Positions 18,133 through 28,203 of a stretch of 47,268 nucleotides of DNA are shown piece by piece. The stretch's first letter is position 1, and every line of letters begins with the position of its first letter. The DNA is from Deltaproteobacteria bacterium (GTDB lineage: Bacteria; Desulfobacterota; Desulfobaccia; Desulfobaccales; 0-14-0-80-60-11): assembly GCA_030655955.1 (NCBI GenBank), contig JAUSOZ010000187.1, forward strand, positions 1 through 47,268, read 5' to 3'. Below the pieces are notes generated by a model. The model was not told the origin of the DNA and made no database searches. It saw nothing but the letters and a program-made list of their open reading frames with translations. A program made the position numbers and the translations under genes.

Positions 18133-19170
18133 ATGTGTAATAGGAAAGCGAAGAAGAAGTGTGCCTTGGCCTTTGATGAATCAGGATCCATTGGTGTTAT
18201 CGCCGCTATCATTTTTACCACAATTTGCGGGTTCGGGGGGCTGGCGCTTGATTTTGGGCATTACTATAAGGTAAAGGCCGAGTTGCAGAGGACTGCGGAT
18301 GCCGGGGCTTTGGCCGGCGTGACAGGTTTTATTCCCTATACTGGCACTGCACCTAAAACGCCATACTGGACGGGTGGAGAGGCTTTGGCCATCAAGATGA
18401 TCACTGATGAACATAATAAAGCTGATGATATACAATATACTACTGGTGATGCCACTATTGTTGTCGAAAGTGGATACTGGTTGTTAAAACCAGTATCGGG
18501 TGATACACAAACTCTTCCCAAAGTTCGCCCCGATTCAACAAAACTGCCTGAGCCGGCAGTAAAAGTGACGCTGAGTAGAGATGTCACTATGTATTTAGCA
18601 CCGTTGATCGGGTTCTCCGGTCCCATGAAAGCGACAGGTTCAGCAACCGCAATTCTCCCTGAGGTCTATGGTGTTACTGGCGTCCCCCCCATCGGAGTAG
18701 ACATTGATACTGTTTATAATATTGGTCCGGGGGATACTTTAACAATAGACTTCACTCAACAAGATATTAAGCCGCAGAGCAATAAAGGCGTAGCAGGGTG
18801 GATTAATCTGAATGGAGGCAATAGCGTCCCGTCGGTCAGGTTCGATGTTCCCTTGTTTGCCAACCCCGGCGGCCCCGTTCAAACCGGCAGCAGCGTTTAT
18901 TTTACGCCAGGTACGGAGGCTACCTTGATGGGTTCCCTGGTCCACGTAGGCGAGACCCTTATACTGCCGGTGGTCGATTTCGTTGAGAAAACGGAATGGA
19001 AAACTATCCAAACGTGGTGCGAGTTTGTAGTCGATGAGAAAGACGCGAACTCCATGACCGGGCATTTTAAGGAAATTGGTTATGTGCCCGGTCAAAAACC
19101 AGATGCACGTCCCGCTGGTCTTCCTGAAACACCATTTGTTTGGGACACGCCCAAATTAGTCAGTCCGTGA
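18133..19170 (+). CDS. TadG-like / Tad_N-domain protein
   Basis: AAGGAG lies 6 nt before ATG 18133. The N-terminus ESGSIGVIAAIIFTTICGFGGLALDFGHYYKVKAELQRTADAGALAG resembles the TadE/G-like N-terminal domain. The C-terminal ~270 aa are unassigned. The gene is clearly AT-richer than its surroundings. Confidence 0.6.
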   Translation: MCNRKAKKKCALAFDESGSIGVIAAIIFTTICGFGGLALDFGHYYKVKAELQRTADAGALAGVTGFIPYTGTAPKTPYWTGGEALAIKMITDEHNKADDIQYTTGDATIVVESGYWLLKPVSGDTQTLPKVRPDSTKLPEPAVKVTLSRDVTMYLAPLIGFSGPMKATGSATAILPEVYGVTGVPPIGVDIDTVYNIGPGDTLTIDFTQQDIKPQSNKGVAGWINLNGGNSVPSVRFDVPLFANPGGPVQTGSSVYFTPGTEATLMGSLVHVGETLILPVVDFVEKTEWKTIQTWCEFVVDEKDANSMTGHFKEIGYVPGQKPDARPAGLPETPFVWDTPKLVSP

Positions 19171-19540
19171 TACCATTATTAGGCTGTAAGGTATGCCTGC
19201 CGAGATTAGCCCCCCGCCTTGGATAGGCCGGTGGAAAAATGTTTTGCGGCACCTTTAAGGTGGAATCCACCAACCAGGGTAGCAAGATATTTATGGACAA
19301 TTTTACCAGGAATACGCGCTTACCAACCCCCAAGGGGTCACCCAAATATAGATTTCACCAGCAAGTCCCCCCAACTGGTTTACTGATAGCCCGGTAATCC
19401 CCCGACAGTGCGGCTTACCCGCCTCCGGGCGGGGCGTTGGTTACGCCGGAAACATCCATCCTTATTGACTATTATTTTCCCTTGGCCTGCCGCCGGACTT
19501 CACCTTGACATTGGGATTGGCTCGGTATAATAAAGGACTT

Positions 19541-21199
19541 GTGAAAACTAAAATCATCTTCATCACCGGCGGGGTGCTGTCCTCCTTAGGCAAGGGCGTG
19601 GCCGCCGCGGCCATCGGCGCCTTGTTGGAAGCCCGGGGGCTGCGCATTACCTTTCAAAAGCTCGACCCCTATATCAATGTGGACCCCGGGACCATGAACC
19701 CGTTCCAGCACGGCGAGGTCTACGTCACCGAAGACGGGGCCGAAACCGACCTGGATCTGGGGCATTACGAGCGCTACACCTCGGTCACCCTGGGCCAGGA
19801 GCACAACTTCACCTCGGGCCGCATCTATCACAACGTCATCACCAAGGAGCGCCGGGGCGACTATTTAGGCGGCACCGTCCAGGTCATCCCCCACATCACC
19901 GACGAAATCAAGCAGGCCATCATGGCCGTGGCGCCCTCGGCGGATGTGGCCATCATCGAGATCGGCGGCACCGTGGGGGATATCGAGAGCCTGCCCTTCA
20001 TGGAGGCCATCCGCCAGCTCAAGGGGGACCTGGGCAAAGAGAACGTCTGCTACATCCACCTGACGCTGGTGCCCTTCATCAAGAGCGCCGGGGAGGTCAA
20101 GACCAAACCGACCCAGCACAGTGTCAAGGAATTGCGCTCCATCGGCATCCAGCCTGATATTCTTTTGTGCCGCACCGAAAAGTTTTTGGGCCCGGACATC
20201 AAGGCCAAGATCTCCCTGTTCTGCAACGTCGAGCCCCAGGCGGTCATCACCGCCCAGGATGTGGACAACATCTACGAGATTCCGCTGCTGCTGCACCAGG
20301 AGGGACTGGATGACCGCCTGGTGGAGACGCTCAATATCTGGACCCGGGCCCCCCGCCTGGAGGTCTGGGAAAAGCTGGTGGCGCGCATCAAAAATCCCAA
20401 GGACCGGGTGGAAATCGGCATCGTCGGCAAGTACGTGGACCTGCGAGAGTCGTATAAAAGCCTGCACGAGGCCCTGGTGCACGGCGGCCTGGCCAACGAA
20501 GTCCAGGTGGCCCTCACCTATATCGACTCGGAACGGGTGGAGCGGGAAGGCCCCGTGAGTCTGCTGAGCCACCTCCACGGCATCCTGGTTCCCGGGGGCT
20601 TCGGGGTCAGGGGCGTGGAGGGCAAGATCCTGGCCATCCGCTATGCCCGGGAGCAGAAAATCCCCTACTTCGGCATCTGCTTCGGCATGCAACTGGCGGT
20701 CATCGAATTTGCCCGCCAGGTGGCCGCAATCCCCGGGGCCACCAGCGAAGAATTCTTCCCCGAGGCCGAGCACCCCGTCATCTACCTGATGCGGGAGTGG
20801 TATGATTACCGCACCGACGCCATTATCCGGCGGGACTCGGCGGCGGACAAGGGCGGCACCATGCGCCTGGGGAGCTACCCCTGCGTCCTGACGCCCGGCA
20901 CCCTGGCCGGGGTGGCCTACGGCGAGGCCAAGATCATGGAACGGCACCGCCACCGCTATGAATTCAACAACAGCTACCGGGAACAACTGCAGAATGCCGG
21001 CCTGGTGATCTCCGGCACCTCCCCCAACGGCGAGCTGGTGGAGATCATCGAAATCCATAACCATCCCTGGTTCCTGGGGTGCCAATTCCATCCGGAATTC
21101 AAGTCCCGGCCCCTGAAACCGCATCCCCTGTTCCGGGACTACATCCGGGCCTGCCTGGAATATAAACTGGGCCTGCCCCACCCCGGTGGGGAGATTTGA
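19541..21199 (+). CDS. pyrG: CTP synthase
   Basis: [16 protein letters not shown], and the glutaminase domain GICFGMQ with the HRHRYEFN and QFHPEF motifs. The start is placed at GTG 19541 by comparison with the usual short PyrG N-terminus. The ORF-track TTG at 19505 is the alternative. Confidence 0.9.
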   Translation: MKTKIIFITGGVLSSLGKGVAAAAIGALLEARGLRITFQKLDPYINVDPGTMNPFQHGEVYVTEDGAETDLDLGHYERYTSVTLGQEHNFTSGRIYHNVITKERRGDYLGGTVQVIPHITDEIKQAIMAVAPSADVAIIEIGGTVGDIESLPFMEAIRQLKGDLGKENVCYIHLTLVPFIKSAGEVKTKPTQHSVKELRSIGIQPDILLCRTEKFLGPDIKAKISLFCNVEPQAVITAQDVDNIYEIPLLLHQEGLDDRLVETLNIWTRAPRLEVWEKLVARIKNPKDRVEIGIVGKYVDLRESYKSLHEALVHGGLANEVQVALTYIDSERVEREGPVSLLSHLHGILVPGGFGVRGVEGKILAIRYAREQKIPYFGICFGMQLAVIEFARQVAAIPGATSEEFFPEAEHPVIYLMREWYDYRTDAIIRRDSAADKGGTMRLGSYPCVLTPGTLAGVAYGEAKIMERHRHRYEFNNSYREQLQNAGLVISGTSPNGELVEIIEIHNHPWFLGCQFHPEFKSRPLKPHPLFRDYIRACLEYKLGLPHPGGEI

Positions 21200-21204
21200 A
21201 AGAT

Positions 21205-21284
21205 AGCTATCAGCCGTCAGCTTTCAGCCAAAAACCAGGGGCTCGCAGGGACCATACCCATGTAGGGTGCGCCCTGCGCACCAT
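21205..21284. repeat. Family D repeat plus family B hairpin
   Basis: AGCTATCAGCCGTCAGCTTTCAGCC (21205..21229) and GTAGGGTGCGCCCTGCGCACCAT (21262..21284) lie between pyrG and kdsA. Confidence 0.7.
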
Positions 21285-21310
21285 GCTTTTTTCTTCATTG
21301 AGCCTTCGTT

Positions 21311-22135
21311 ATGGATAATCCCGTCGCAATCGCCGATTTTTGGATAGGTTCCGGCGACCTGGTCATGATCGCCGGGCCTTGTGTCATCGAGTCCGCCGAG
21401 CTTACCCTGGCCATCGCCCGCACCCTGAAAGACTATGCCGCCGAGCTCAACCTGCCCCTGATCTTCAAGGCCTCCTTTGATAAAGCCAACCGCACCTCCC
21501 TGACCTCTTACCGCGGTCCCGGTTTGAAAACGGGCCTGGAAATCCTGGCCCGGGTGAAAGACGAAGTGGGCCTGCCGGTGATCTCGGACGTCCATCAGGT
21601 CTCCGACGTGGAACCGGCGGCGCGGGTCTTGGACGTCTTGCAGATCCCGGCCTTTCTCTGCCGCCAGACCGACCTCTTAGTGGCCGCAGCCCAAACCGGC
21701 AAGGCGGTCAATATCAAGAAAGGCCAGTTTATGGCCCCCTGGGACATGGGGCCGGTGGTGGACAAGGTTTTTGCCACGGGCAACCGGCGGCTGCTGCTCA
21801 CCGAACGGGGCGCCATGTTCGGCTACAACAACCTGGTGGTGGATTTCCGCAGCCTCCCCATCATGCGCAGCCTGGGCTGCCCGGTGGTCCTGGACGTAAC
21901 CCACAGCGTTCAACTGCCCGGAGGGCAGGGGTCGTGCTCCGGCGGCCAAAGGGAGTACATCCCCTTGCTGGCCCGGGCCGGGGTGGCCGCGGGGGTGGAC
22001 GCCTTGTTCATGGAGGTCCATCCGGACCCGGACCGCGCCCGCTGTGACGGCCCCAATTCCCTGCCCCTGGCCCAGGTCCTGCCCCTGTGGCGGCAACTGG
22101 CGGCACTGCACCAGGTGCTCCGGGGGCAGGAGTAA
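21311..22135 (+). CDS. kdsA: 3-deoxy-8-phosphooctulonate (KDO-8-P) synthase
   Basis: Full-length match to the KdsA pattern: AGPCVIES, FKASFDKANRTS, LQIPAFLCRQTDL, NIKKGQF, DVTHSVQLPGG. Confidence 0.9.
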   Translation: MDNPVAIADFWIGSGDLVMIAGPCVIESAELTLAIARTLKDYAAELNLPLIFKASFDKANRTSLTSYRGPGLKTGLEILARVKDEVGLPVISDVHQVSDVEPAARVLDVLQIPAFLCRQTDLLVAAAQTGKAVNIKKGQFMAPWDMGPVVDKVFATGNRRLLLTERGAMFGYNNLVVDFRSLPIMRSLGCPVVLDVTHSVQLPGGQGSCSGGQREYIPLLARAGVAAGVDALFMEVHPDPDRARCDGPNSLPLAQVLPLWRQLAALHQVLRGQE

Positions 22136-22144
22136 GTACAGGAT

Positions 22145-22355
22145 TTCATAAATACGCTCACGTCATATATCGCCCCCCTCACCCCAACCCTCTCCCCCCG
22201 AAGCGGGAGGAGAGAGGGTAGTTATTTCGCCGGGTTTAATGACGCCAGAACCTTACCCCGTTTCGTCTTTTCCCCTCCCCCCAAAGGGGGGAGCGGGCTA
22301 GGGTGAGGGGGAAGTAATCTTCACGGATAGAGAAATACGTGAGCGAATTTATGAA
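22145..22355. mobile_element. 211-bp foldback (MITE-like) element with 19-bp terminal inverted repeats
   Basis: The left end TTCATAAATACGCTCACGT (22145..22163) matches the reverse complement of the right end ACGTGAGCGAATTTATGAA (22337..22355) at 18 of 19 positions. The interior is built from G/C-run hairpins such as CCCTCTCC..GGAGAGAGGG and CCCCTCCCCCCAAAGGGGGGAG. It has no coding capacity, and I saw no target-site duplication. Confidence 0.45.
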
Positions 22356-22389
22356 CTGCTGTACTAATGCCGATTTGCATTCAAATGGT

Positions 22390-22412
22390 GGCACAGGTTT
22401 TCAACCTGTGCC
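22390..22412. repeat. Family A hairpin variant
   Basis: GGCACAGGTTTTCAACCTGTGCC, followed by a second hairpin GCAGGCTGAAGCCTGC. Confidence 0.75.
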
Positions 22413-22527
22413 AGCGCAGGCTGAAGCCTGCGGCTACCCAAAATTACCTTTAGATTTCGACTTTTTTTCCCCATTCTCCTCGGTGGGCCCGGGAACTCCG
22501 TCGGACAACTTCACAGGAGGAAACCCC

Positions 22528-24915
22528 ATGAACGCTTCTCCCCCATCTCGCACGGCAAAACTGCTCCTCACCATTCTGACCGTTATCCTGACCGTCGCCG
22601 GCCAGGTGGGGCCGGGCGCCGCGGCCGATCTGCCGGTTCTCACCCTGCCGCCGGTTACGCTGACGGCCTTCGCCGAGTTGCCGCCGCAAAAAACCCTGGA
22701 GGTGACCCCGGCGCTGAAAGACTCCGCCACCACGGTGGACAAGGCCACAAACCTCAAGGGAGTCATGAAATTGCTCGGCGTCCGACTCACCGCCGCCCAG
22801 AAAAAATTTCTCAATGAGCACAAGTTCCTGATGGTTCCCAAGCGCGCCACCCGGTTTAAGGGGATAATGGGTGACGGCTGGGAGTGGGACGAAATGCTGG
22901 GCATGTTCGATGAGGTTGGCGGGTCTGAAGCCGCGTCAGAGCGGAAGCCGGAAAATGCGCGCCTGGTTACGCCCGACGTCTTGCTCCACGCCTTTCACAA
23001 ATATTTTGAAAACTCGCTGGAATACCTGGAAAGATTCGACTTAGCCCCCCTGCTGCGCCGCTTTCTGAGCCAGGCCCAGGCATGCGCCCTCAAATACCGG
23101 AGCCAGTCCAGCGGCAAACTGGCGGCCCGCTATGAACTGGTGGCGGCGCAACTGACGGTGCCCCTGGTTCTCCTTGAGAACGCCCAGTGGTCCAAGTCCT
23201 ATGAGGAGAGGCTCAAAAAGCCCTATGAACAGCAGGAGTTAGCCGACAAACCCGACATCGCCGAATCCCTGGAAGGCGCCTTGGAGGGGCTGGGTAAGTA
23301 TCAAAAGCATTTCTCCCCGGAGGTCTTTGGGCGCATGACCCAGGAGATCAAAAACATTTATCAGGCCGACGGGGTGGGCGTATCGCCCCTTTACGGCCAG
23401 TATGGCAAAGACGGGGAGGTGAAAACCGACTACACCCAGTTTACGCCCCGGAGCCACTACGCCAAAACCTCTCTCTTGCGGGCCTACTTCCGGGCCATGA
23501 TGTATCTGGGCCGCAACAGCTACTTGCTGAATAACCCCGAGGCAGTTTCTGACGCCCTCCTGCTGGCCTACCTGATGGCGAGCCCCGGCCCTGACGGGCA
23601 GCCCTTGGTCAAAGACTGGCAGAAGCTCATGGAGATCACCGCCTTCTACGCCGGGGCCTCGGACGATATCGGCTACCCGGAGTGGCGCAATTTCGTCGTC
23701 AAGGTCCTGGGCACGGAGAAATTTTCTCCGGCCGAGGCGGTTAATCCGGAGGTCTTGACCAAGATTTCCCAACAATTGGCGGAACTCAGGCCGCCCAGAA
23801 TTTTGTCCGACGTCATCATCAGCGACTCCGTGCCTCAACAGACCAAGGTAGAACTGTTGGCCAGCACCAAGGCCTTTCGGATATTCGGCCAGCGCTTCAC
23901 CTTCGACGGCTGGATATTAGGCCGACTGACCGCGGGGCAGGAGAAGGTGACGGTGCGCCTGCCCTCCACCCCCTCGGCCCTGTTCGTCCCGGCGGCGTTG
24001 GACGATACCGTGGCGCGGGAGTTTGCCGGCGCCTTTCTGAAGCAGGAGGCGCCGCCATTTTCCGCTGCCGAGGTGAGCGCATTTTACGGCAAACTGGATG
24101 AGGTGGCCGCTGATCTCAAGCGCGTGCAAGAGGTGGAGTGGTACAGCTCCGTGGGCACGGCCTGGCTGAAACTGTTGGGGACCTTGCCGCAGACTTTCGG
24201 CCCCGGTTACCCCCTCTACATGCAGGGAAAACTTTTCCCGCTCAAGCAACTGCAGACCTTTCTGGGATCGTACACCGAACTCAAACACGACACCTTGCTT
24301 TACGTTAAACAGAACTTTGCCGAGAAAGGCGGCGGCGGTGATGATAACAGGCCGCCGGTGCCCAAAGGTTTTGTGGAGCCGAATATGGCTTTCTGGCAAG
24401 AACTTGCCCGTCTGGTAGATTATACCGCGGCCGGGTTCAAGAAATACGGCCTGTTCAACAAAGAACTGGAAGAATTCGGCCGGTTGAATTACTTTAAAGC
24501 AAGGATAAACTTCTACACTTCCCTGGCGGTCAAGGAATTGAGCGGCACCCCGCTCAGCGAGGAAGACTACGAGAAGCTCCGCAGTGGCAACCTCTCTTTC
24601 CTGGCCGGGCCCTTAGTCGAGGGAGCCATCCTGGAAGAGAAAGAAAAGCGGGCGGGCCTCATCGCCGATATTCACACCGACGCCGTCAAGGGCCAGATTC
24701 TGTATGAAGCTACGGGCGAACCCTACTTCATCCTGGCCCTGGTGGGTAACGAGGGCGTCAGCCGCCTTACCGTGGGAGCGGCTTACAACTACTACGAGTT
24801 CACCGGCCCTCTCACGAGGCGTTACACCGATGCGGACTGGCAGGCACGGGTGTACAAAACCCCGCCCCAGTTGCCGCTGAAGCCCTTCTGGTATAAGCCC
24901 TTGATTGCCAGATAG
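22528..24915 (+). CDS. Large secreted protein, DUF3160-like
   Basis: AGGAGG lies 7 nt before ATG 22528. The signal peptide is MNASPPSRTAKLLLTILTVILTVAGQVGPGAAA. Blocks such as FTPRSHYAKTSLLRAYFRAMMYLGR match my recollection of DUF3160. The ORF-track N-terminal extension runs through the repeats. Confidence 0.55.
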   Translation: MNASPPSRTAKLLLTILTVILTVAGQVGPGAAADLPVLTLPPVTLTAFAELPPQKTLEVTPALKDSATTVDKATNLKGVMKLLGVRLTAAQKKFLNEHKFLMVPKRATRFKGIMGDGWEWDEMLGMFDEVGGSEAASERKPENARLVTPDVLLHAFHKYFENSLEYLERFDLAPLLRRFLSQAQACALKYRSQSSGKLAARYELVAAQLTVPLVLLENAQWSKSYEERLKKPYEQQELADKPDIAESLEGALEGLGKYQKHFSPEVFGRMTQEIKNIYQADGVGVSPLYGQYGKDGEVKTDYTQFTPRSHYAKTSLLRAYFRAMMYLGRNSYLLNNPEAVSDALLLAYLMASPGPDGQPLVKDWQKLMEITAFYAGASDDIGYPEWRNFVVKVLGTEKFSPAEAVNPEVLTKISQQLAELRPPRILSDVIISDSVPQQTKVELLASTKAFRIFGQRFTFDGWILGRLTAGQEKVTVRLPSTPSALFVPAALDDTVAREFAGAFLKQEAPPFSAAEVSAFYGKLDEVAADLKRVQEVEWYSSVGTAWLKLLGTLPQTFGPGYPLYMQGKLFPLKQLQTFLGSYTELKHDTLLYVKQNFAEKGGGGDDNRPPVPKGFVEPNMAFWQELARLVDYTAAGFKKYGLFNKELEEFGRLNYFKARINFYTSLAVKELSGTPLSEEDYEKLRSGNLSFLAGPLVEGAILEEKEKRAGLIADIHTDAVKGQILYEATGEPYFILALVGNEGVSRLTVGAAYNYYEFTGPLTRRYTDADWQARVYKTPPQLPLKPFWYKPLIAR

Positions 24916-25014
24916 CCGGGATGGTTTAGGGCTGGATGGCGGTAGGTGAGTCCGCCAGGCCCAAGGTGCCGGTTGCGTCTCCCCCTGACCCGCTCCCGGC
25001 ACCTAACTTGTGAA

Positions 25015-26544
25015 TCAGTTTTGCGGGGTCAGGTCAGCGGGGCTCGTGGCTTTCTCCCCAAAAATCCAACCGGTGGCAAAAGTCAAAAATGTGCCGATCA
25101 ACAACAGCCAGGTCCATCCCAGGGGGAATATCTGCTTCTCGGAAAGAATCAAAAGAACCAGCATGGCAAGGGCGGAAAGGGACATGGCAACGACATTGAC
25201 CCGGTTGCATCGCCTTGTGGTCAGAAGACCGAGGAGAAAAACTCCCAGTAAAGATCCGTAGGTGACCCCGCCAATTTTAAACGCCAGCCAGAGGAATTTT
25301 TCAAAATAACTGAAAAAGTAGGCGATAAACCCTAAGATAATGCCGAAAATAACCACACAGACTCTGGAAACGAACAGATAGTGGCGTTCAGTTGCCGATT
25401 TAACCAGCACCGGACGATAAATGTCCGTGACAAACGAAGAAGTCAGGGAACCTAAAGGCGAGTCAATGCTCGCCATCACAATCGCCGCCAGCATCAGCCC
25501 TCGCATCAATGGGGGCATCGTCTGCTCGATAAAATGCGGAAAAATTTTGTCCAATTTTGCCGGCAGGGGCAGCCCGGGGTTCTGAACATAGAAGGCATAA
25601 AGGCAGGCGCCAATAAAGAGGAAGATAAACATCACCAGGAAACTGCCGATGGGGGTCAACAGTATGGTTTTTTGGCTTTCCCGGCGCGTTTCCACCGTCA
25701 GCAGTCTCTGCATGATCTCCTGATCAGTTCCAAAGGCCGCCATGGAGCCAAAAAACCCATTCAAAGTCGCCAGGATAAAGAGATTGGGGTCCGTGAACAG
25801 GCTCTTCAGGACGGCTCCCAGTCCGGATTCCGCCAGACCCGGTCCCCAGTTGAAGATTTTCAGTTTTCCAGCGCTGCCTGCAAGCGCGACTACGGCCGCG
25901 GCCCCGCCGTCAATCTGCGTCAGCAGGAACACGATGGCCACCACTCCCGCCACCGTAAAGGTCAGGGCTTGCACCACATTGGTCCAAATTACCGCCTTGA
26001 TCCCGCCCCAGGCGATATAGAGTATGCAGATGACCGAAAAAAGCAGGATAGTCGGAATGATCGGCCAGCCGATGAGGATGCTCACCGCCAAACAAGCTAC
26101 CATCAGGCGGACGCCGGACGCCAACAGACGCGTGATGAAAAACAGGATCGAGCCGGCGATTTGGGTTGCCGGTCCGAAGCGATATTTCAAAAATTCATAA
26201 ATGGAGGTGCAGTTATACCGGTAAAAAGCCGGGATAAACAGAAAGGCGATGACGATTCGGGCCAGAAAAGAGCCGATAAAAAACTGGGCATATTCCCAGT
26301 TTTCCATATACGCCACCGCAGGCACCGCGATCAGGGTTACGGCGCTGATTTCAGTCGCCACAAACGACAGACAAGCCGCCCACCAGGGGATCTTCCTCCC
26401 CCCCAGGAAAAAGTCATCGGTGGTTTTTTCTTCTCTGCCGAAGTAAAAGCCGACAAAAATCAACAGCACGAGAAGCACGAAAACAACCGAGTAATCCTGC
26501 CAGGTCAGACTGCTGTGGCTTACAAAAAAGGTTTGGATTTCCAT
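25015..26544 (-). CDS. Sodium:solute symporter (SSF) family transporter
   Basis: A 509-aa protein with about 13 hydrophobic segments. It has the SSF-type N-terminal block FFLGGRKIPWWAACLSFVATEISAVTLIAVPA. Confidence 0.8.
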   Translation of the reverse strand: MEIQTFFVSHSSLTWQDYSVVFVLLVLLIFVGFYFGREEKTTDDFFLGGRKIPWWAACLSFVATEISAVTLIAVPAVAYMENWEYAQFFIGSFLARIVIAFLFIPAFYRYNCTSIYEFLKYRFGPATQIAGSILFFITRLLASGVRLMVACLAVSILIGWPIIPTILLFSVICILYIAWGGIKAVIWTNVVQALTFTVAGVVAIVFLLTQIDGGAAAVVALAGSAGKLKIFNWGPGLAESGLGAVLKSLFTDPNLFILATLNGFFGSMAAFGTDQEIMQRLLTVETRRESQKTILLTPIGSFLVMFIFLFIGACLYAFYVQNPGLPLPAKLDKIFPHFIEQTMPPLMRGLMLAAIVMASIDSPLGSLTSSFVTDIYRPVLVKSATERHYLFVSRVCVVIFGIILGFIAYFFSYFEKFLWLAFKIGGVTYGSLLGVFLLGLLTTRRCNRVNVVAMSLSALAMLVLLILSEKQIFPLGWTWLLLIGTFLTFATGWIFGEKATSPADLTPQN

Positions 26545-26599
26545 CGAGGTCCAAACTATCGTATCAAAAAAATATTTGCATGGTTAAAATGATCTCACC

Positions 26600-28132
26600 A
26601 TGAAATTAGAAGAATTAGTGGGCCAAAGGCTGGTCATCGGCATTCCCGGCACCAGGATCACTCCTGAGATTTTGTGTCATTTTAAGGAGTTGCATGCGGG
26701 GGGGTTGATTCTCTACCGGAGAAATTTTGACTCGCCGGTGCAGATTAAAAAACTGATTGCCGATCTGGAAGAGGCTCTCGGCCGCAAACTGCTGGTGACG
26801 ACAGACCATGAAGGCGGGCGGGTCATCATGTTCCGGGACGGCATTACCGTTTTCCCGGACAATCTGGCCCTGGGGACGGCCGGAAAAATCGACTATGCCC
26901 GGCAGCAGGGGGAGATCGAGGCCAAAGAACTGCGGCGGCTGGGGCTGGACGTGAATCTGGCCCCGGTGCTCGATGTCTTGACCGAGGCTTACAGCCCGAA
27001 TATCGGCATACGATCTTACAGCCAAGATTGGCAATTGGTGGCACAGATGGGCGCGGCGCGGATTGCCGCCATGCAGCAGGGCGGACTTTCAGCCTGCGCC
27101 AAGCATTTTCCCGGCAAGGGTCATGCGCCGGTAGATGCCCATCTGGGCCTGCCGGTCATCGGTTCCTCCTGGAAAGAGATGGAAGCGGTGCATCTTAAGC
27201 CTTTCGTGACCGCGATTCAAGCCGGGGTCGATCTGGTGATGTCTTCCCACCCCTACTATCCCAAACTTGATCCGTATCCAAATATGATTGCCACATTTTC
27301 CAAAAAAATAATTTACGATTACCTCAGATGTGAGCTCAATTTTCAAGGGGTTATTGCGAGCGACGATCTTGAAATGGGCGCGATTAAGGCCATCTGCCCC
27401 ATCGGCGAAGCAGGGATCTTGGCTACGCAAGCGGGACATGATCTCTTGCTGGTTTGTCATGATCCCAAGGCGCAGAAAGAAGTTTACTATAAATTGCTCG
27501 AGGCCTATAGAAGCCAGCAACTTCCCCTGAAAGAACTGGAGGAGAGCGCCGCCCGGATCAGAAGATTGAAATTAAAGCGCGCCCAAAGATTTGCTGGCGG
27601 AGAACCCGGCGCCGAACCCGCCGGCGCCAGCCTGGCGGCAAGAATCTGCCGTGAATCGGTCCAGGTTCTCCAAGACGAGAGGAAATTAATGCCGCTGCCG
27701 CGCGGACAACAACGAATCGGGGTGATCTTGCCGCGATTTTCCGATCTCGACGCCAAAATCATGATCGAAAGGGAAGTGTTGCAGGAACAGGATTTCGTCC
27801 GGCATGAGTTCAAGAAATTTGGTTTTCATCCCGAGATTCACCTGGTCTCCATCGAGCCGGCGGATGCAGAAATTCAACCGGCCGTGACCCTGGCCAGAAA
27901 CTCAGACGTGACTATCCTCTTCTGCTACGACGCCCATCTCTATCCTGCCAACAAAAGACTCCTGGATGCAATCCAGGGTGCGGCCCAAAAGCTGGTGGTT
28001 GACCTGTTGCGCGCCCCTTATGACGCCGCCCTTATTCAGGCAGGCAACGCCTGCCTGACCGATTTCGGCTGGAGAGCCTGCCAGATCAAGGCCGCCATTG
28101 AAAAAATTTGTTCCGGTCAGATGGACCGGTAA
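26600..28132 (+). CDS. nagZ: Beta-N-acetylhexosaminidase, glycoside hydrolase family 3
   Basis: GH3 N-domain motifs TTDHEGGRV, KHFPGKGH and ASDDLEMGAI, plus an additional C-terminal ~170-aa region. Confidence 0.8.
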   Translation: MKLEELVGQRLVIGIPGTRITPEILCHFKELHAGGLILYRRNFDSPVQIKKLIADLEEALGRKLLVTTDHEGGRVIMFRDGITVFPDNLALGTAGKIDYARQQGEIEAKELRRLGLDVNLAPVLDVLTEAYSPNIGIRSYSQDWQLVAQMGAARIAAMQQGGLSACAKHFPGKGHAPVDAHLGLPVIGSSWKEMEAVHLKPFVTAIQAGVDLVMSSHPYYPKLDPYPNMIATFSKKIIYDYLRCELNFQGVIASDDLEMGAIKAICPIGEAGILATQAGHDLLLVCHDPKAQKEVYYKLLEAYRSQQLPLKELEESAARIRRLKLKRAQRFAGGEPGAEPAGASLAARICRESVQVLQDERKLMPLPRGQQRIGVILPRFSDLDAKIMIEREVLQEQDFVRHEFKKFGFHPEIHLVSIEPADAEIQPAVTLARNSDVTILFCYDAHLYPANKRLLDAIQGAAQKLVVDLLRAPYDAALIQAGNACLTDFGWRACQIKAAIEKICSGQMDR

Positions 28133-28203
28133 GGCCCCCGGTTGTCTATACCCGCGTTTTTCTTAAGCTGCCCGGACCGGCTCAAGTCAGGTAACTTAAC
28201 CGG

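Noticed and set aside
19505-19531. Consensus-looking TTGACA ... TATAAT directly upstream of pyrG.
   Set aside because: The spacer is only 15 nt, and the implied transcription start would fall at or beside the GTG start codon. This is possibly coincidental, so it is not listed as a feature.
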